This document shows, one piece after another, positions 11,983-21,436 of a stretch of 64,000 nt of DNA. Both the position numbers and the translations under genes were made by a program. Source of the DNA: an uncultured delta proteobacterium. Lineage in GTDB: Bacteria > Myxococcota > Myxococcia > Myxococcales > Anaeromyxobacteraceae. How positions within the stretch are numbered: position 1 is the first letter of the stretch; each line of letters opens with the position of its first letter. The notes under the pieces were generated by a model, which was not told the DNA's origin, ran no database searches, and saw only the letters and a list, made by a program, of their open reading frames with translations. Location of the stretch: the NCBI GenBank assembly GCA_963757745.1, contig CAVWSG010000007.1, positions 490,932-554,931 on the forward strand, read 5' to 3'.

Positions 11983-13095
11983 TCACCTCTTCCTGCCCGC
12001 GCCGGGCTCGCGGGCCGGGGCGAGCGGGCGCAGGGTCCAGCGGACGAAGCGGACCTCGCCCACGTCCGATTGCATCTGCACGATCGTACCATCGGCGGCG
12101 AGCGCGAACTCGCGGAACTCGAAGCGCCTGTTGCCGGGGGGCACGCGCGCCGTGCCCATCACCTGGCCCTGCGCATCGATGGCGAGGAGCAGGACCTCGG
12201 CGCGGGCACCTTCGGCGCCCTCGATGCCGGGGTCGGCGGCCCCGTCGCGGCGGTCGAAGGCGAGCACCACCTCGCCGCGCCGCGAGACCCCGACGATGCG
12301 AACCTCCCCGATGGGCACCAGGGAGTGGAATTGCAGGCTACGCCGGGGCTGCCCGTCCAGGCCGAGGACGGTGAACCTCGCGCGCCAGCGGTCGAGGCGG
12401 TCGGCGCGCACGAAGAGGCTTCCCACCGGCAAGCCGGGGAGCGGCCCGTCGGCGCGCACGCCCCCCCAGGCGAGCTCCGCCCTCACCGCCTGGCCGTCGA
12501 GCATGAGGAAGACGGGCCGCTGGCGGCCGGCGAACAGGAGGTCCACGCCCTTGAAGGCCGGCGGCAGCGTGGCCGAGAGGAGGAGGCGGCCTCCCGGGTC
12601 GAGCTGCGAGAGCGTGGGGAGCTCGCCCTGCTGGAAGAGGTAGAGCTGCCCGTCGTCGTTCACCGCCAGATCGGCCTCAAAGGTCGGCTCCTCGCCGCTC
12701 CCGGCGCTCACAGCGCCCGCCGGCTGGCCGCGGGCGTCGAAGCGCTCGAGGCGCGCGTTCACCGGATCGAGCACCCAGAGAGATCCCTGGGGGCCGAGCG
12801 CGAAGGTGGGGGGCCCGAGCGCGTCCTCGTCGTCCCGGGCCGGGTTGCCCTGCAGCCCGAACTGCCCGGGACCCGCACCGGCGCCGCCGCGCACCCAGAC
12901 CTGACCGGCCGAGGGGGGTTCCGGTTGGCAGACCTCCCCGGGCAGCTCGAAATCCGGAACCTCCGGCGAGGCCGGCGGCGGGAATGTCTGCGCGGCCTCC
13001 GGCGCGGGCGGCTCGCCTGGCGCGGGCTCGGCCGAGCCTCCGTGGAGCGCGGCCAGCAGGGCGAGGGCGAGGAGGCGGGCGAGCACGCGCGGCAT
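11983..13095 (-). CDS. Secreted hypothetical protein (signal peptide MPRVLARLLALALLAALHGGSA)
   Basis: N-terminal signal sequence followed by a Pro-rich segment and repeated beta-rich segments; stop is 1 nt from the next gene's ATG. Confidence 0.5.
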   Translation of the reverse strand: MPRVLARLLALALLAALHGGSAEPAPGEPPAPEAAQTFPPPASPEVPDFELPGEVCQPEPPSAGQVWVRGGAGAGPGQFGLQGNPARDDEDALGPPTFALGPQGSLWVLDPVNARLERFDARGQPAGAVSAGSGEEPTFEADLAVNDDGQLYLFQQGELPTLSQLDPGGRLLLSATLPPAFKGVDLLFAGRQRPVFLMLDGQAVRAELAWGGVRADGPLPGLPVGSLFVRADRLDRWRARFTVLGLDGQPRRSLQFHSLVPIGEVRIVGVSRRGEVVLAFDRRDGAADPGIEGAEGARAEVLLLAIDAQGQVMGTARVPPGNRRFEFREFALAADGTIVQMQSDVGEVRFVRWTLRPLAPAREPGAGRKR

Positions 13096-13243
13096 GATAG
13101 TCGAAGGGGCTGCCGAGGTGCCGGTGTCGCGAAAGCGGAGGAGGGTGCCCGTGCCGCAGGGCGCGCCTCGGCGGCGACTCGCGGGCCGGTCCCGCCACGC
13201 AGCGGGCGCCGCCCGCCCGCGCTTCACGGAAGGTGATTGAGCT

Positions 13244-14608
13244 TCAGCCTCGGCCGGGCCGGGTGAGCCGCGCCGGGTCGAGCAGCCGGCGCGCCTCGGC
13301 CGCGTCCAGCCCGCCGCGCTCCCGCGCCACCTCGGCGATGGGGCGGCCCCCCTTCACCGCCTCCTTCACGATCTCGGCGGCGCGGGCGTAACCCAGGCGC
13401 GGGGCGAGCGCGGTGGCGAGGCTCACCGTGCGCTCGGCGTAGTGGCGGCAGCGGTCGGGGTCCGCCTCCAGTCCCCGCGCGCACCGCTCGTCGAAGGCGC
13501 TCACAGCCGCCGCCGCGATGCCGAGCGCGTGGCAGAGGTCGTGCGCCACGAGCGGCATCATCACGTTGAGCTCGAGCTGGCCTCCCGAGGTGGCGGCCGC
13601 CACGGCGGCGTCGAGCCCGATCACCTGGTAGCTCACCATGGCCAGCATCTCCGCCATGGAGGGGTTCACCTTGCCGGGCATGATGGAGGAGCCGGGCTGC
13701 ACCGGTGGCAGTCGCAGCTCGCCGAGGCCGCTGGTGGGACCGGAGCCGAGCAGGCGAACGTCGCCGCCGATGCGGAGGAGCTCCAGCGCGGCGACGCGCA
13801 GCGCGCCCGAGAGCGCGGCGAAGGGCGCCAGCGACTGCATGGCGTAGAACGGGTTCGGCGCCGGCACGAGCGGGATGCCGGTGAGCCGCGACAGCTCGGT
13901 CACCACCAGCGGGCGGTAGCGCGGGTGGGCGTTCAGGCCCGTGCCCACCGCCGTGCCGCCGAGGCCCAGCGCCGAGAGCTCTGGCAGCGCGTCGAGCAGC
14001 CGGACCGCGGCGGCGCGCAGGGCGGCGGCCCAGCCCGACACCTCCTGGCCCAGGCGAATGGGGGTGGCGTCCATGAGGTGGGTGCGCCCCGCCTTCACCA
14101 GGCCCTCCCACGCCTCGGCCTTGGCGGCGAAGGTGGCCGCCAGCCGCTGCAGCGCCTCGGCCACCGGCGGCGCCAGCTCCAGCGCGGCGAGGCGCATGGC
14201 CGTGGGCATCACGTCGTTCGTCGACTGGCCCATGTTCACGTCGTCGTTGGGATCGACCACGCTGCGGTCGCCGCGGGCGGCACCGAGGAGCTCGCAGGCG
14301 CGGTTCGCCAGCACCTCGTTCACGTTCATGTGGTGCGAGGTGCCGGCGCCCGCCTGGTAGACGTCGACCACGAACTGGTCGCGCCAGCGGCCCGCCAGCA
14401 CCTCCTCCGCGGCCCGGGCGATGGCCTCCGCCTTGGCGCGGGGGAGGAGCTTCAACCGCGCGTGAACACGCGCCGCCGCCAGCTTGATGCGCACCGTGGC
14501 GTCGACGAGCGCCGGGTGGGCGCGGAGCCCGGAGATGGGGAAGTTGGCGATCGCCCGCGCCGTCTGCGCCCCGTAGAGCGCCTCGGCCGGCACCGTCATC
14601 TCGCCCAT
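13244..14608 (-). CDS. Class II fumarate hydratase / aspartate ammonia-lyase family enzyme (FumC-like)
   Basis: VPAEALYGAQTARAIANF, NVNMGQSTNDVMPTA and the GSSIMPGKVNPS signature. The start is set at the MGEM ATG at 14608; an upstream in-frame Lys/Arg/Ala-rich extension reaches 14761. Confidence 0.85.
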   Translation of the reverse strand: MGEMTVPAEALYGAQTARAIANFPISGLRAHPALVDATVRIKLAAARVHARLKLLPRAKAEAIARAAEEVLAGRWRDQFVVDVYQAGAGTSHHMNVNEVLANRACELLGAARGDRSVVDPNDDVNMGQSTNDVMPTAMRLAALELAPPVAEALQRLAATFAAKAEAWEGLVKAGRTHLMDATPIRLGQEVSGWAAALRAAAVRLLDALPELSALGLGGTAVGTGLNAHPRYRPLVVTELSRLTGIPLVPAPNPFYAMQSLAPFAALSGALRVAALELLRIGGDVRLLGSGPTSGLGELRLPPVQPGSSIMPGKVNPSMAEMLAMVSYQVIGLDAAVAAATSGGQLELNVMMPLVAHDLCHALGIAAAAVSAFDERCARGLEADPDRCRHYAERTVSLATALAPRLGYARAAEIVKEAVKGGRPIAEVARERGGLDAAEARRLLDPARLTRPGRG

Positions 14609-14845
14609 GGTGTCGCGCTCGACGCGGGTCGCGCCCGCCGTCCCGCCCGCGCCGGGTGCGGCGCTGCGCGCGCCCGCCTTCACCCGCGGCGCGCGCCTCG
14701 CGGGCCGCCTCGCACCGCCACCCCTCGCCCCTCTCACCTTCGCGTCACCGCCCTTGGCCATGGCTGCCCTCCTCCGGCGAGCTCCCGCGTTCGACGCGGG
14801 CCTCGCCGGGCGCGCCCCCCGCCGACTCTACCTACCGTGAAATGA

Positions 14846-15541
14846 TCACCTCTCGGGCGCTCCGCCGGAGCCGGTCAGACGGCCGGCCAGCCTCCGGAAG
14901 GCGACCTCGGTCTTGGCGTCCTGGATCTCTCCCGACTCGCAGGCCGCCACCGCCTCCGCCAGCATCCGCCAGCGCAGGAGGGCGCCCTCCTCCAGCGGCG
15001 AGCCATCGCCGCCCTCCGGGGCGTCGGAGGATGCCGGCCCCTCGCCGCGCGCCACCTCGGCGGCGAGGAGGTGAATCTTCTCGGAGGCGACGCCCGGCAA
15101 CATGAAGAGGGGACCGCCCAGGAGCTCGAACCGCGCAGGCGGCACCTCGATCCCGGCCTCCTCGTGCACCTCGTCGGCGCTGCGCTGCTGCAGGGCCGCG
15201 AGGCCCCGCTCGCCCGGCTCGAGCACGCCGGCCACCACCTCCTCGAGGAGGAGATACTCCTCCTCGGGCAAGGCCGGCGTCTTCCCGCGGCGGAAGTAGG
15301 AGGCCGGCCGGAGGCCGCAGCGGGTGAGCACCTCCACCCCGCGCGGGCCCCGGGCCCAGATCGCCACCGCCACCGCGTCGAGGGTGGGCCGGTCGATGAG
15401 GTCGATGGGGTACTCGCGCGAGCGGCTGCCGTCCTCGCGGACGTTGCGCGCACGAAGTCGCTTCAGGCGCAGGAACCCTTCGTCGCAGCGGGAAGTGGCG
15501 GTGCGGTCCTCGACCACCTCGATGGAGCGGATACGCGGCAT
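14846..15541 (-). CDS. NUDIX-family hydrolase
   Basis: Degenerate NUDIX box [27 protein letters not shown]; ATG at 15541 or 15553. Confidence 0.55.
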   Translation of the reverse strand: MPRIRSIEVVEDRTATSRCDEGFLRLKRLRARNVREDGSRSREYPIDLIDRPTLDAVAVAIWARGPRGVEVLTRCGLRPASYFRRGKTPALPEEEYLLLEEVVAGVLEPGERGLAALQQRSADEVHEEAGIEVPPARFELLGGPLFMLPGVASEKIHLLAAEVARGEGPASSDAPEGGDGSPLEEGALLRWRMLAEAVAACESGEIQDAKTEVAFRRLAGRLTGSGGAPER

Positions 15542-15653
15542 GGCGCCACGCATAATCCGGCCCCGGCCGCGGAGCCAGCGGACGGTTCCTTTCGCACGTG
15601 CCGGCTTGCGGAGACCGGGGGGGTCGAGCGGTCGGGACCAGTGGCCGTGGCCG

Positions 15654-17672
15654 TCAGGCCGGGGAGGGCTCCGGCGCGCTCCGCACGTCGACCGCGGTGT
15701 CGTAGAAGGTGGCGCCCTGTCCGGCGTCGGTGAGGCGCTGCGCGGTGAGAGCATTCACGGTGCGCGAACCGGGCGCGTCGTCGAGGCGGCGCACGCCCGG
15801 CGCCACCAGCACACCCGCCGGTACGTCGTCCGTCACCTCCAGCGAGAAGGCCACCGCGCCGAGCTCGTTCCACGCCTCCACCCGCTCGCCGGGCTGGAGT
15901 CCCCGCGCGCTCGCGTCGGCGGGAGACATGCGGAGCGCCATCGGCCCGGCCCGCCGCCGGAGGTCGTCGCGCTCCTGCAGGAAGCTCGAGTTGAGGCCGT
16001 GCAGGGACGGCGCGGTCATGAGCCGGAGCGGCAGCGGGGTGCCGCTCCGCTCCACGTGGGTGGGGAGCGCGCGCGGCAGCGGCAGGAGCTCGATCTTGCT
16101 CGAGGAGGTGGCGAACCTCGCCTTCGCGCCGGCCGGGATTCGCAGCGAGACCGCGCGGCCCTCATCCAGCGCCTTGCGGTCGAGCCCTTCACGGAGGGGA
16201 GAGGGAGCGTCGAGCAGCTCGTCGACCAGATCGTCCACCGATCGGGAGAAATGAGGGTCGGCGGGGCCCATGGCCCTCGCCAGCGCGGCGAAGACCTCCC
16301 AGTTCGAGCGCGCCTCGCCGACCGGCGGGATGGCGGCGCGGACGCGCTGCACCGCGTAGCTCCCGTAGGCGCGGTAGAGGTCGGGGTGCTCCAGCGAGGA
16401 GGTGGCGGGCAGGACCACGTCGGCGTAGCGGGCGGTGTCGGTGAGGAAGCGCTCGTGCACCACCGTGAAGAGGTCGTCCCGGGCAAGGCCGGCGAGCACC
16501 GCGTTCTGGTCCGGGGTCACCGCCGCGGGGTTGGAGTGATACACGTAGAGTGACATCACCCGAGGGTCCGAGAGCTCGGTGAGCGCGTGCCCCAGCCGGT
16601 TCATGTTGACGAGGCGGGTGGGGCCGGGCTGGAGGTCGGCACGGGTGACGGCGGAGAGGTCGAAGGCGAGGCCAGAAGAGGTGCTGCAGAGCGCCCCGCC
16701 GCCGGGCACCGCCCAGGCGCCGCGGGCGGCGGGCAGGGCCAGGATGGCCCGGATGTTGGCGCTGCCGTTCCCGTAGCGCGAGAGGCCGCTCCCCACCCGG
16801 AAGAAGGGAGCGCGTGCGCGGCCGATGGCGCCTGCCAGCGCCGACAGCTCGTCCAGCGAGAGGCCGGTGGCCTGCGCCGTGTGCTCCGGCGTCCACTCGG
16901 GGAGCACCTCCTTCTCCAGGGCGTCGAAGCCGAGGACGTGGGCTTCCACGAACGCGCGGTCGACCCGGCCGTCGCGAACGAGCAGGTGGAGGAGCCCCAG
17001 GGCCAGCGCCCCGTCGGAGCCGGGCCGGGTGACGAAGGTGCGGTCCACCACCCTCGACGTCGGCGTCCGGTAGGTGTCCACCAGGAGAACCTTCACGCCT
17101 CGTGCGCGCGCCGCCTTGAGCCGGGAGACGAGGTGCAGGTGGGTGGCGACGGCGTCGAGACCCCACACCACCACGAGGTCGCTCTCGGCGAGCTCCTCCG
17201 GGTCGGGGGCGATGGTGTCGCCCATCACCGAGGCCCAGGCCGCCTCCTTGGCCGGCGAGCAGATGGTGCGCTCCAGGCGCGAGGCGCCCATCGCGTGGAA
17301 GAAGGCGTGCCCGGCGTTCCGCTGCACGAGGCCCATGGTGCCGGCGTACGAGTACGGCAGGATGGCCTCGGCTCCGTGCGCGGCGATGATCGCCTTCCAG
17401 CGCGAGGCGATGAGCCGGATGGCCTCGTCCCAGGCGACCGGCCGGAAGCGCCCCTCGCCCTTCTGCCCGTCGCGCAGGAGCGGGGTCACGAGCCGGCTGG
17501 GCGCGTGCACCGTCCGCTCGTAGTCGTTCATCTTCGGGCAGAGCGTCCCCTTCGACCACGGGTGCTCCGGATCGCCGCGCACGCTCCTCGCCCTCCCCTC
17601 CTCCACCTCCACCAGGAGGCCGCAGGTGTCGGGGCAGTCGTAGGGACAGGCGGAGCGGTGCAGGGTGGGCAT
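15654..17672 (-). CDS. Molybdopterin (bis-MGD) oxidoreductase with an N-terminal 4Fe-4S CxxCxxxC motif
   Basis: MPTLHRSACPYDCPDTCGLLVEV...; molybdopterin oxidoreductase core and a C-terminal MopB dinucleotide-binding region; 672 aa. Confidence 0.85.
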   Translation of the reverse strand: MPTLHRSACPYDCPDTCGLLVEVEEGRARSVRGDPEHPWSKGTLCPKMNDYERTVHAPSRLVTPLLRDGQKGEGRFRPVAWDEAIRLIASRWKAIIAAHGAEAILPYSYAGTMGLVQRNAGHAFFHAMGASRLERTICSPAKEAAWASVMGDTIAPDPEELAESDLVVVWGLDAVATHLHLVSRLKAARARGVKVLLVDTYRTPTSRVVDRTFVTRPGSDGALALGLLHLLVRDGRVDRAFVEAHVLGFDALEKEVLPEWTPEHTAQATGLSLDELSALAGAIGRARAPFFRVGSGLSRYGNGSANIRAILALPAARGAWAVPGGGALCSTSSGLAFDLSAVTRADLQPGPTRLVNMNRLGHALTELSDPRVMSLYVYHSNPAAVTPDQNAVLAGLARDDLFTVVHERFLTDTARYADVVLPATSSLEHPDLYRAYGSYAVQRVRAAIPPVGEARSNWEVFAALARAMGPADPHFSRSVDDLVDELLDAPSPLREGLDRKALDEGRAVSLRIPAGAKARFATSSSKIELLPLPRALPTHVERSGTPLPLRLMTAPSLHGLNSSFLQERDDLRRRAGPMALRMSPADASARGLQPGERVEAWNELGAVAFSLEVTDDVPAGVLVAPGVRRLDDAPGSRTVNALTAQRLTDAGQGATFYDTAVDVRSAPEPSPA

Positions 17673-18063
17673 GGGCCGATCTAGCCCGCGCGCCGAGGTG
17701 GAGACAACCTTCCGGGGCAGCGACCCCGGCTCGAGTGCTGATTCAGATGGGTCCCCACGCTGCCTGGGAAAGGGAGCTCCCCTCCCCGCTCCGCGGACGC
17801 TCCACCTCGCCGCGACCCTCCTCCTCACCCTCACGCCGCCACATCCTGCGGAGCTGCTCGTCCTCCTGCTCCTGGGTGTGGGGCGCAATCCTCGGCATCC
17901 AGGTGCGGCCTTCGCTCTCCATCGTATAACCTCCCCCACGTCGGTGTGAGCGGCATCGTCGACCGTGCAAGGTCGTCCCTTCAAGACCCCATAGATAGCG
18001 TAAACGCCTATTTCGTCTTTCCGCCGCATTGCGTTAGCGCGGCGCATCGCAAGCAGGAGCGCA

Positions 18064-19077
18064 ATGGCCCACGGCGTCGTCGACAGCGAGCGAGCCACCG
18101 CCCTCGTCACAGGGGCCGGGGGCTTCCTCGGCCGCACGCTCGTCAGGGCGCTCCTGGAGAGGGGCTACCGGGTGCGCGCCATGATCCGGCCGGGAGGCGA
18201 CGCGGGCGCGCTCCGACCCGTGGAGGGCGAAGCACTCGAGATCTTCCGCGGGGACGCGACCGACGCGGCCGCCCTGGATCGCGCGGTGAAGGGGTGCGCG
18301 CTCGTCTATCACCTGGCCGGCGTGCGCCGCGGCGCCCGGCGGGAGGACTTCTTCGCGGTGAACGCCGGCTCCACTCGGCTCCTGCTCGAGGCCTGCGCCG
18401 CGGCCGGAGCCGGGGGGCAGCGGTTCGTGCTGGCCGGCTCGCTCGCCGCGGCGGGGCCCTCGCGCGATGGGCGGCGCGAGGAGGACCCGGGGGAGCCCGC
18501 CGAGTGGTACGGAGAGTCGAAGGCGGAGGCGGAGCGCCTCGCCCGCTCCTTCCGGGGTTCGCTGCCCGTGAGCATCGGGCGGCCGCCCCGCATCTTCGGC
18601 CCGGGCGACCGCGAGAACCTCCTCTTCTTCCGCCTCGCCGCGCGAGGGGTGGTGCTGCGCTTCCTCGGGCCGGAGCGGCCCCTCTCCTGGATCGACGTCG
18701 ACGACTGCGCCCGCGGCTTCCTCGCGCTGGGAGAGCACCCGGCTGCAGCGGGAGAGGACTTCTTCCTCTCCTCGCCGGAGCGCACCAGCGTCACCGGCCT
18801 GCAGCGCGAGGTGGCGCGCGCGCTCCACGTGAAGACCTTCGACGTGCCGGTGCCGCCCGCGCTCCTCTCCGGGCTCTCCTGGGCGGCCGATGGGCTCTCG
18901 CGCCTCACGCACCGGAGGCTCCCGCTCAACCGCAAGCTGGCGCGGCAGATCCTCGCACCCGGGTGGACCTGCGATCCCGGCAAGGCGGAGCGCCTCCTCG
19001 GCTTCCGGACCGGGGTCGCGCTCGCCGAGTCCCTCGCCCGCTCGGCAGACTATTATCGCGGCGAAGGATGGTTGTAG
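18064..19077 (+). CDS. NAD(P)-dependent epimerase/dehydratase (extended SDR)
   Basis: LVTGAGGFLGRTLVRALLERGYRV Rossmann fold ... YGESKAEAE (YxxxK). Confidence 0.85.
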   Translation: MAHGVVDSERATALVTGAGGFLGRTLVRALLERGYRVRAMIRPGGDAGALRPVEGEALEIFRGDATDAAALDRAVKGCALVYHLAGVRRGARREDFFAVNAGSTRLLLEACAAAGAGGQRFVLAGSLAAAGPSRDGRREEDPGEPAEWYGESKAEAERLARSFRGSLPVSIGRPPRIFGPGDRENLLFFRLAARGVVLRFLGPERPLSWIDVDDCARGFLALGEHPAAAGEDFFLSSPERTSVTGLQREVARALHVKTFDVPVPPALLSGLSWAADGLSRLTHRRLPLNRKLARQILAPGWTCDPGKAERLLGFRTGVALAESLARSADYYRGEGWL

Positions 19078-19138
19078 GATTCGCCCCCCACACACCGATG
19101 CCAGGGCCACAGCCAAGAGAGCCGGACGTCACCCGCGC

Positions 19139-19816
19139 ATGAGCGATCAGAAGCGAGCCGCGTTCTTCGACGTCGAGGGGACGCTGGTCCGGACCAACAT
19201 CGTTCACGCCTTCGCCTTCTACGCGGTGAACGGGGGCGGCATCTTCGGCAGCGCCTGGCGCACCGCCCGCACGGTGATGGGGGTGCCGCTCTTCTGGGCG
19301 CTCGACAAGGTCGACCGGCGCACCTTCAACGAGCTGTTCTACCGCTCCTACCGCGGGCTCACCGAGGACCGGCTGCTGGCGCTCTCGCAGGAGCTCTTCG
19401 AGGAGGTGCTGCGCCCGGCGATCTTCCCTGGCACCCCGAAGCTGGTCGACGAGGCGCGCCGCGCTGGCTGCCGCATCGTGCTCGTCACCGGCGCCCTCGA
19501 CTTCACCGCCCGGGAGCTGGCGCGCCACCTCGGCGCCGACGACCTCATCGCCAACCGCATGCACTTCGTGAAGGGCTTCGCCACCGGCCGGGTGGTCCCG
19601 CCCATCGTCGAGGGGGCTCACAAGGCGGTCATCGTGCGCGACTACTGCGTGCGCGAGGGGCTCGCCCTCGACCGCAGCCACGCCTACTCCGACTCGTTCT
19701 CCGACTACCCCATGCTGGCGGTGGTTGGCCATCCGGCGGCCGTGAACCCCGACCTCCGCCTGCGCAGCGTGGCCCGCTCCTACGACTGGCCCATCTTCGA
19801 CACCACGGAGGGCTGA
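19139..19816 (+). CDS. HAD-IB superfamily hydrolase (phosphoserine-phosphatase-like)
   Basis: [11 protein letters not shown] (DxxGT motif I) ... VTGALDFTA ... [10 protein letters not shown]. Confidence 0.8.
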   Translation: MSDQKRAAFFDVEGTLVRTNIVHAFAFYAVNGGGIFGSAWRTARTVMGVPLFWALDKVDRRTFNELFYRSYRGLTEDRLLALSQELFEEVLRPAIFPGTPKLVDEARRAGCRIVLVTGALDFTARELARHLGADDLIANRMHFVKGFATGRVVPPIVEGAHKAVIVRDYCVREGLALDRSHAYSDSFSDYPMLAVVGHPAAVNPDLRLRSVARSYDWPIFDTTEG

Positions 19817-19817
19817 C

Positions 19818-21436
19818 GTGCCCCCTCGCCCCGCGCCCCGACTTTCCCGCCTCTACGATCAGTCCGAGCCGGTGGTCACCATCGACCGCGACTCTGCGCC
19901 GCGCGTCATGTTCTCCGGGGAGGACCTCCTCCTGGAAGACCTGCCGATTGGGACCAGGGTCGTCTACCCGAAACCGCCGATCGCCGGGCTCCCCAACCCT
20001 CGGGCGGCGGTGCGCTGGGCCATCAACCACCCCGAGGGGTGCGACCCGCTCCACGCGCAGCTCCGGCCGGGGATGAGGGTCACCATCGCCATCGACGACA
20101 TCTCGCTGCCGCTGCCGCCCATGCGGACGCCCGATGCGCGCAGCGGGTGCTGGAGGTGGTGCTGGAGCTCCTCGCCGACGCCGGGGTGGACGACATCCAC
20201 CTGGTCATCGCGATCTGCCTGCACCGGCGGATGACCGACGCCGAGGTGAAGCGGATGGTGGGCCCCAACATCTTCGACGCCTACTACCCCGACCGGCTCT
20301 ACAACCACGACGCCGAGGATCCCGACGGCCTCGTCACGCTGGGAACCACCGCCCACGGCGAGTCGGCGAGCTGAACCGGCGCGCTGCCGAGTCCGACCTC
20401 GTCATCTACGTCAACCTGAACCTCGTCCCCATGGACGGGGGCCACAAGTCGGTCGGCACCGGCCTGACCAATTACCGGGGCGTGAAGGCGCACCACACCC
20501 CGCACCACATTCGCAAGAGCGACTCCTACATGGATCCGGATCGCTCGGAGATGCACCGCTCGATCGACCGCATGGGCCAGCTCATCGACCGCGAGCTGAA
20601 CGTGTTTCACATCGAGACCACCATCAACAACCGCATGTTCGACGGGCCGATGGAGTTCCTCATGCGGCGCGAGGAGGCCTGGACCGAGATGGACCGGCTG
20701 AAGCTCGCCGGCCTGCGCGCCGCGCTCGCGAGGATGCCGCGCGCTGCCCGCCGCAGGATCTTCCAGGCGGTCCCGGCGGCCTACGAGGTCATCGCGGTGC
20801 ACGCCGGCCGCACCGAGGCCACCCACCGGAAGATCCTGGAGCGGAGCTGGGAGCAGTACGCCGTCGACGTCGACTTCCAGGCCGACATCGCCATCGTCGG
20901 CATCCCCTACATCTCGCCCTACAACGTGGACTCGATCTTGAACCCGCTGCTGGTGCAGGTGATGGCCTGCGGCTACCTCTTCAACCTCTACCGCGGCAAG
21001 CCCCTCATCAAGAAGGGCGGCACGCTCATCATCACGCACCCGTGCACCGACGAGTTCGACCCGGAGCAGCACCCGAGCTACATCGAGTTCTTCCACCGCC
21101 TGCTGCCCGAGACGCGCGACGCCGAGGTGCTGGAGCGGAAGTACGAGCTGGAGTTCGCCGAGAACCCGAGCTACGTGCACATGTACCGGACCGGCCACGC
21201 CTACCACGGCGCGCACCCCTTCTTCATGTGGTACTGGGGCGAGAACGGTCGCCAGCACGTCGGCCGCGATCATCGCGGTGGGCGCCGAGAACGAGCACGT
21301 GCCGCGCATGTTGGGCTGGGAGAGCGCCGAGCGCCTCTCCGACGCCATCGACATGGCCCGCGCCCGCCAGGGCCGCAGCGCGCAGGTGGCGATGTTCCAC
21401 ATCCGCCCCATCGCCCTGACCCAGAACCTCGGATGA
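19818..21436 (+). CDS. LarA-family (lactate racemase-like, DUF2088) protein; reading frame interrupted three times in this sequence
   Basis: Three segments in three frames reassemble one LarA-like protein: ...[23 protein letters not shown] | [40 protein letters not shown]...LGTTAHGE | [23 protein letters not shown]...[20 protein letters not shown] | [21 protein letters not shown]...[11 protein letters not shown]. The stop TGA overlaps the next ATG (ATGA). Confidence 0.75.
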
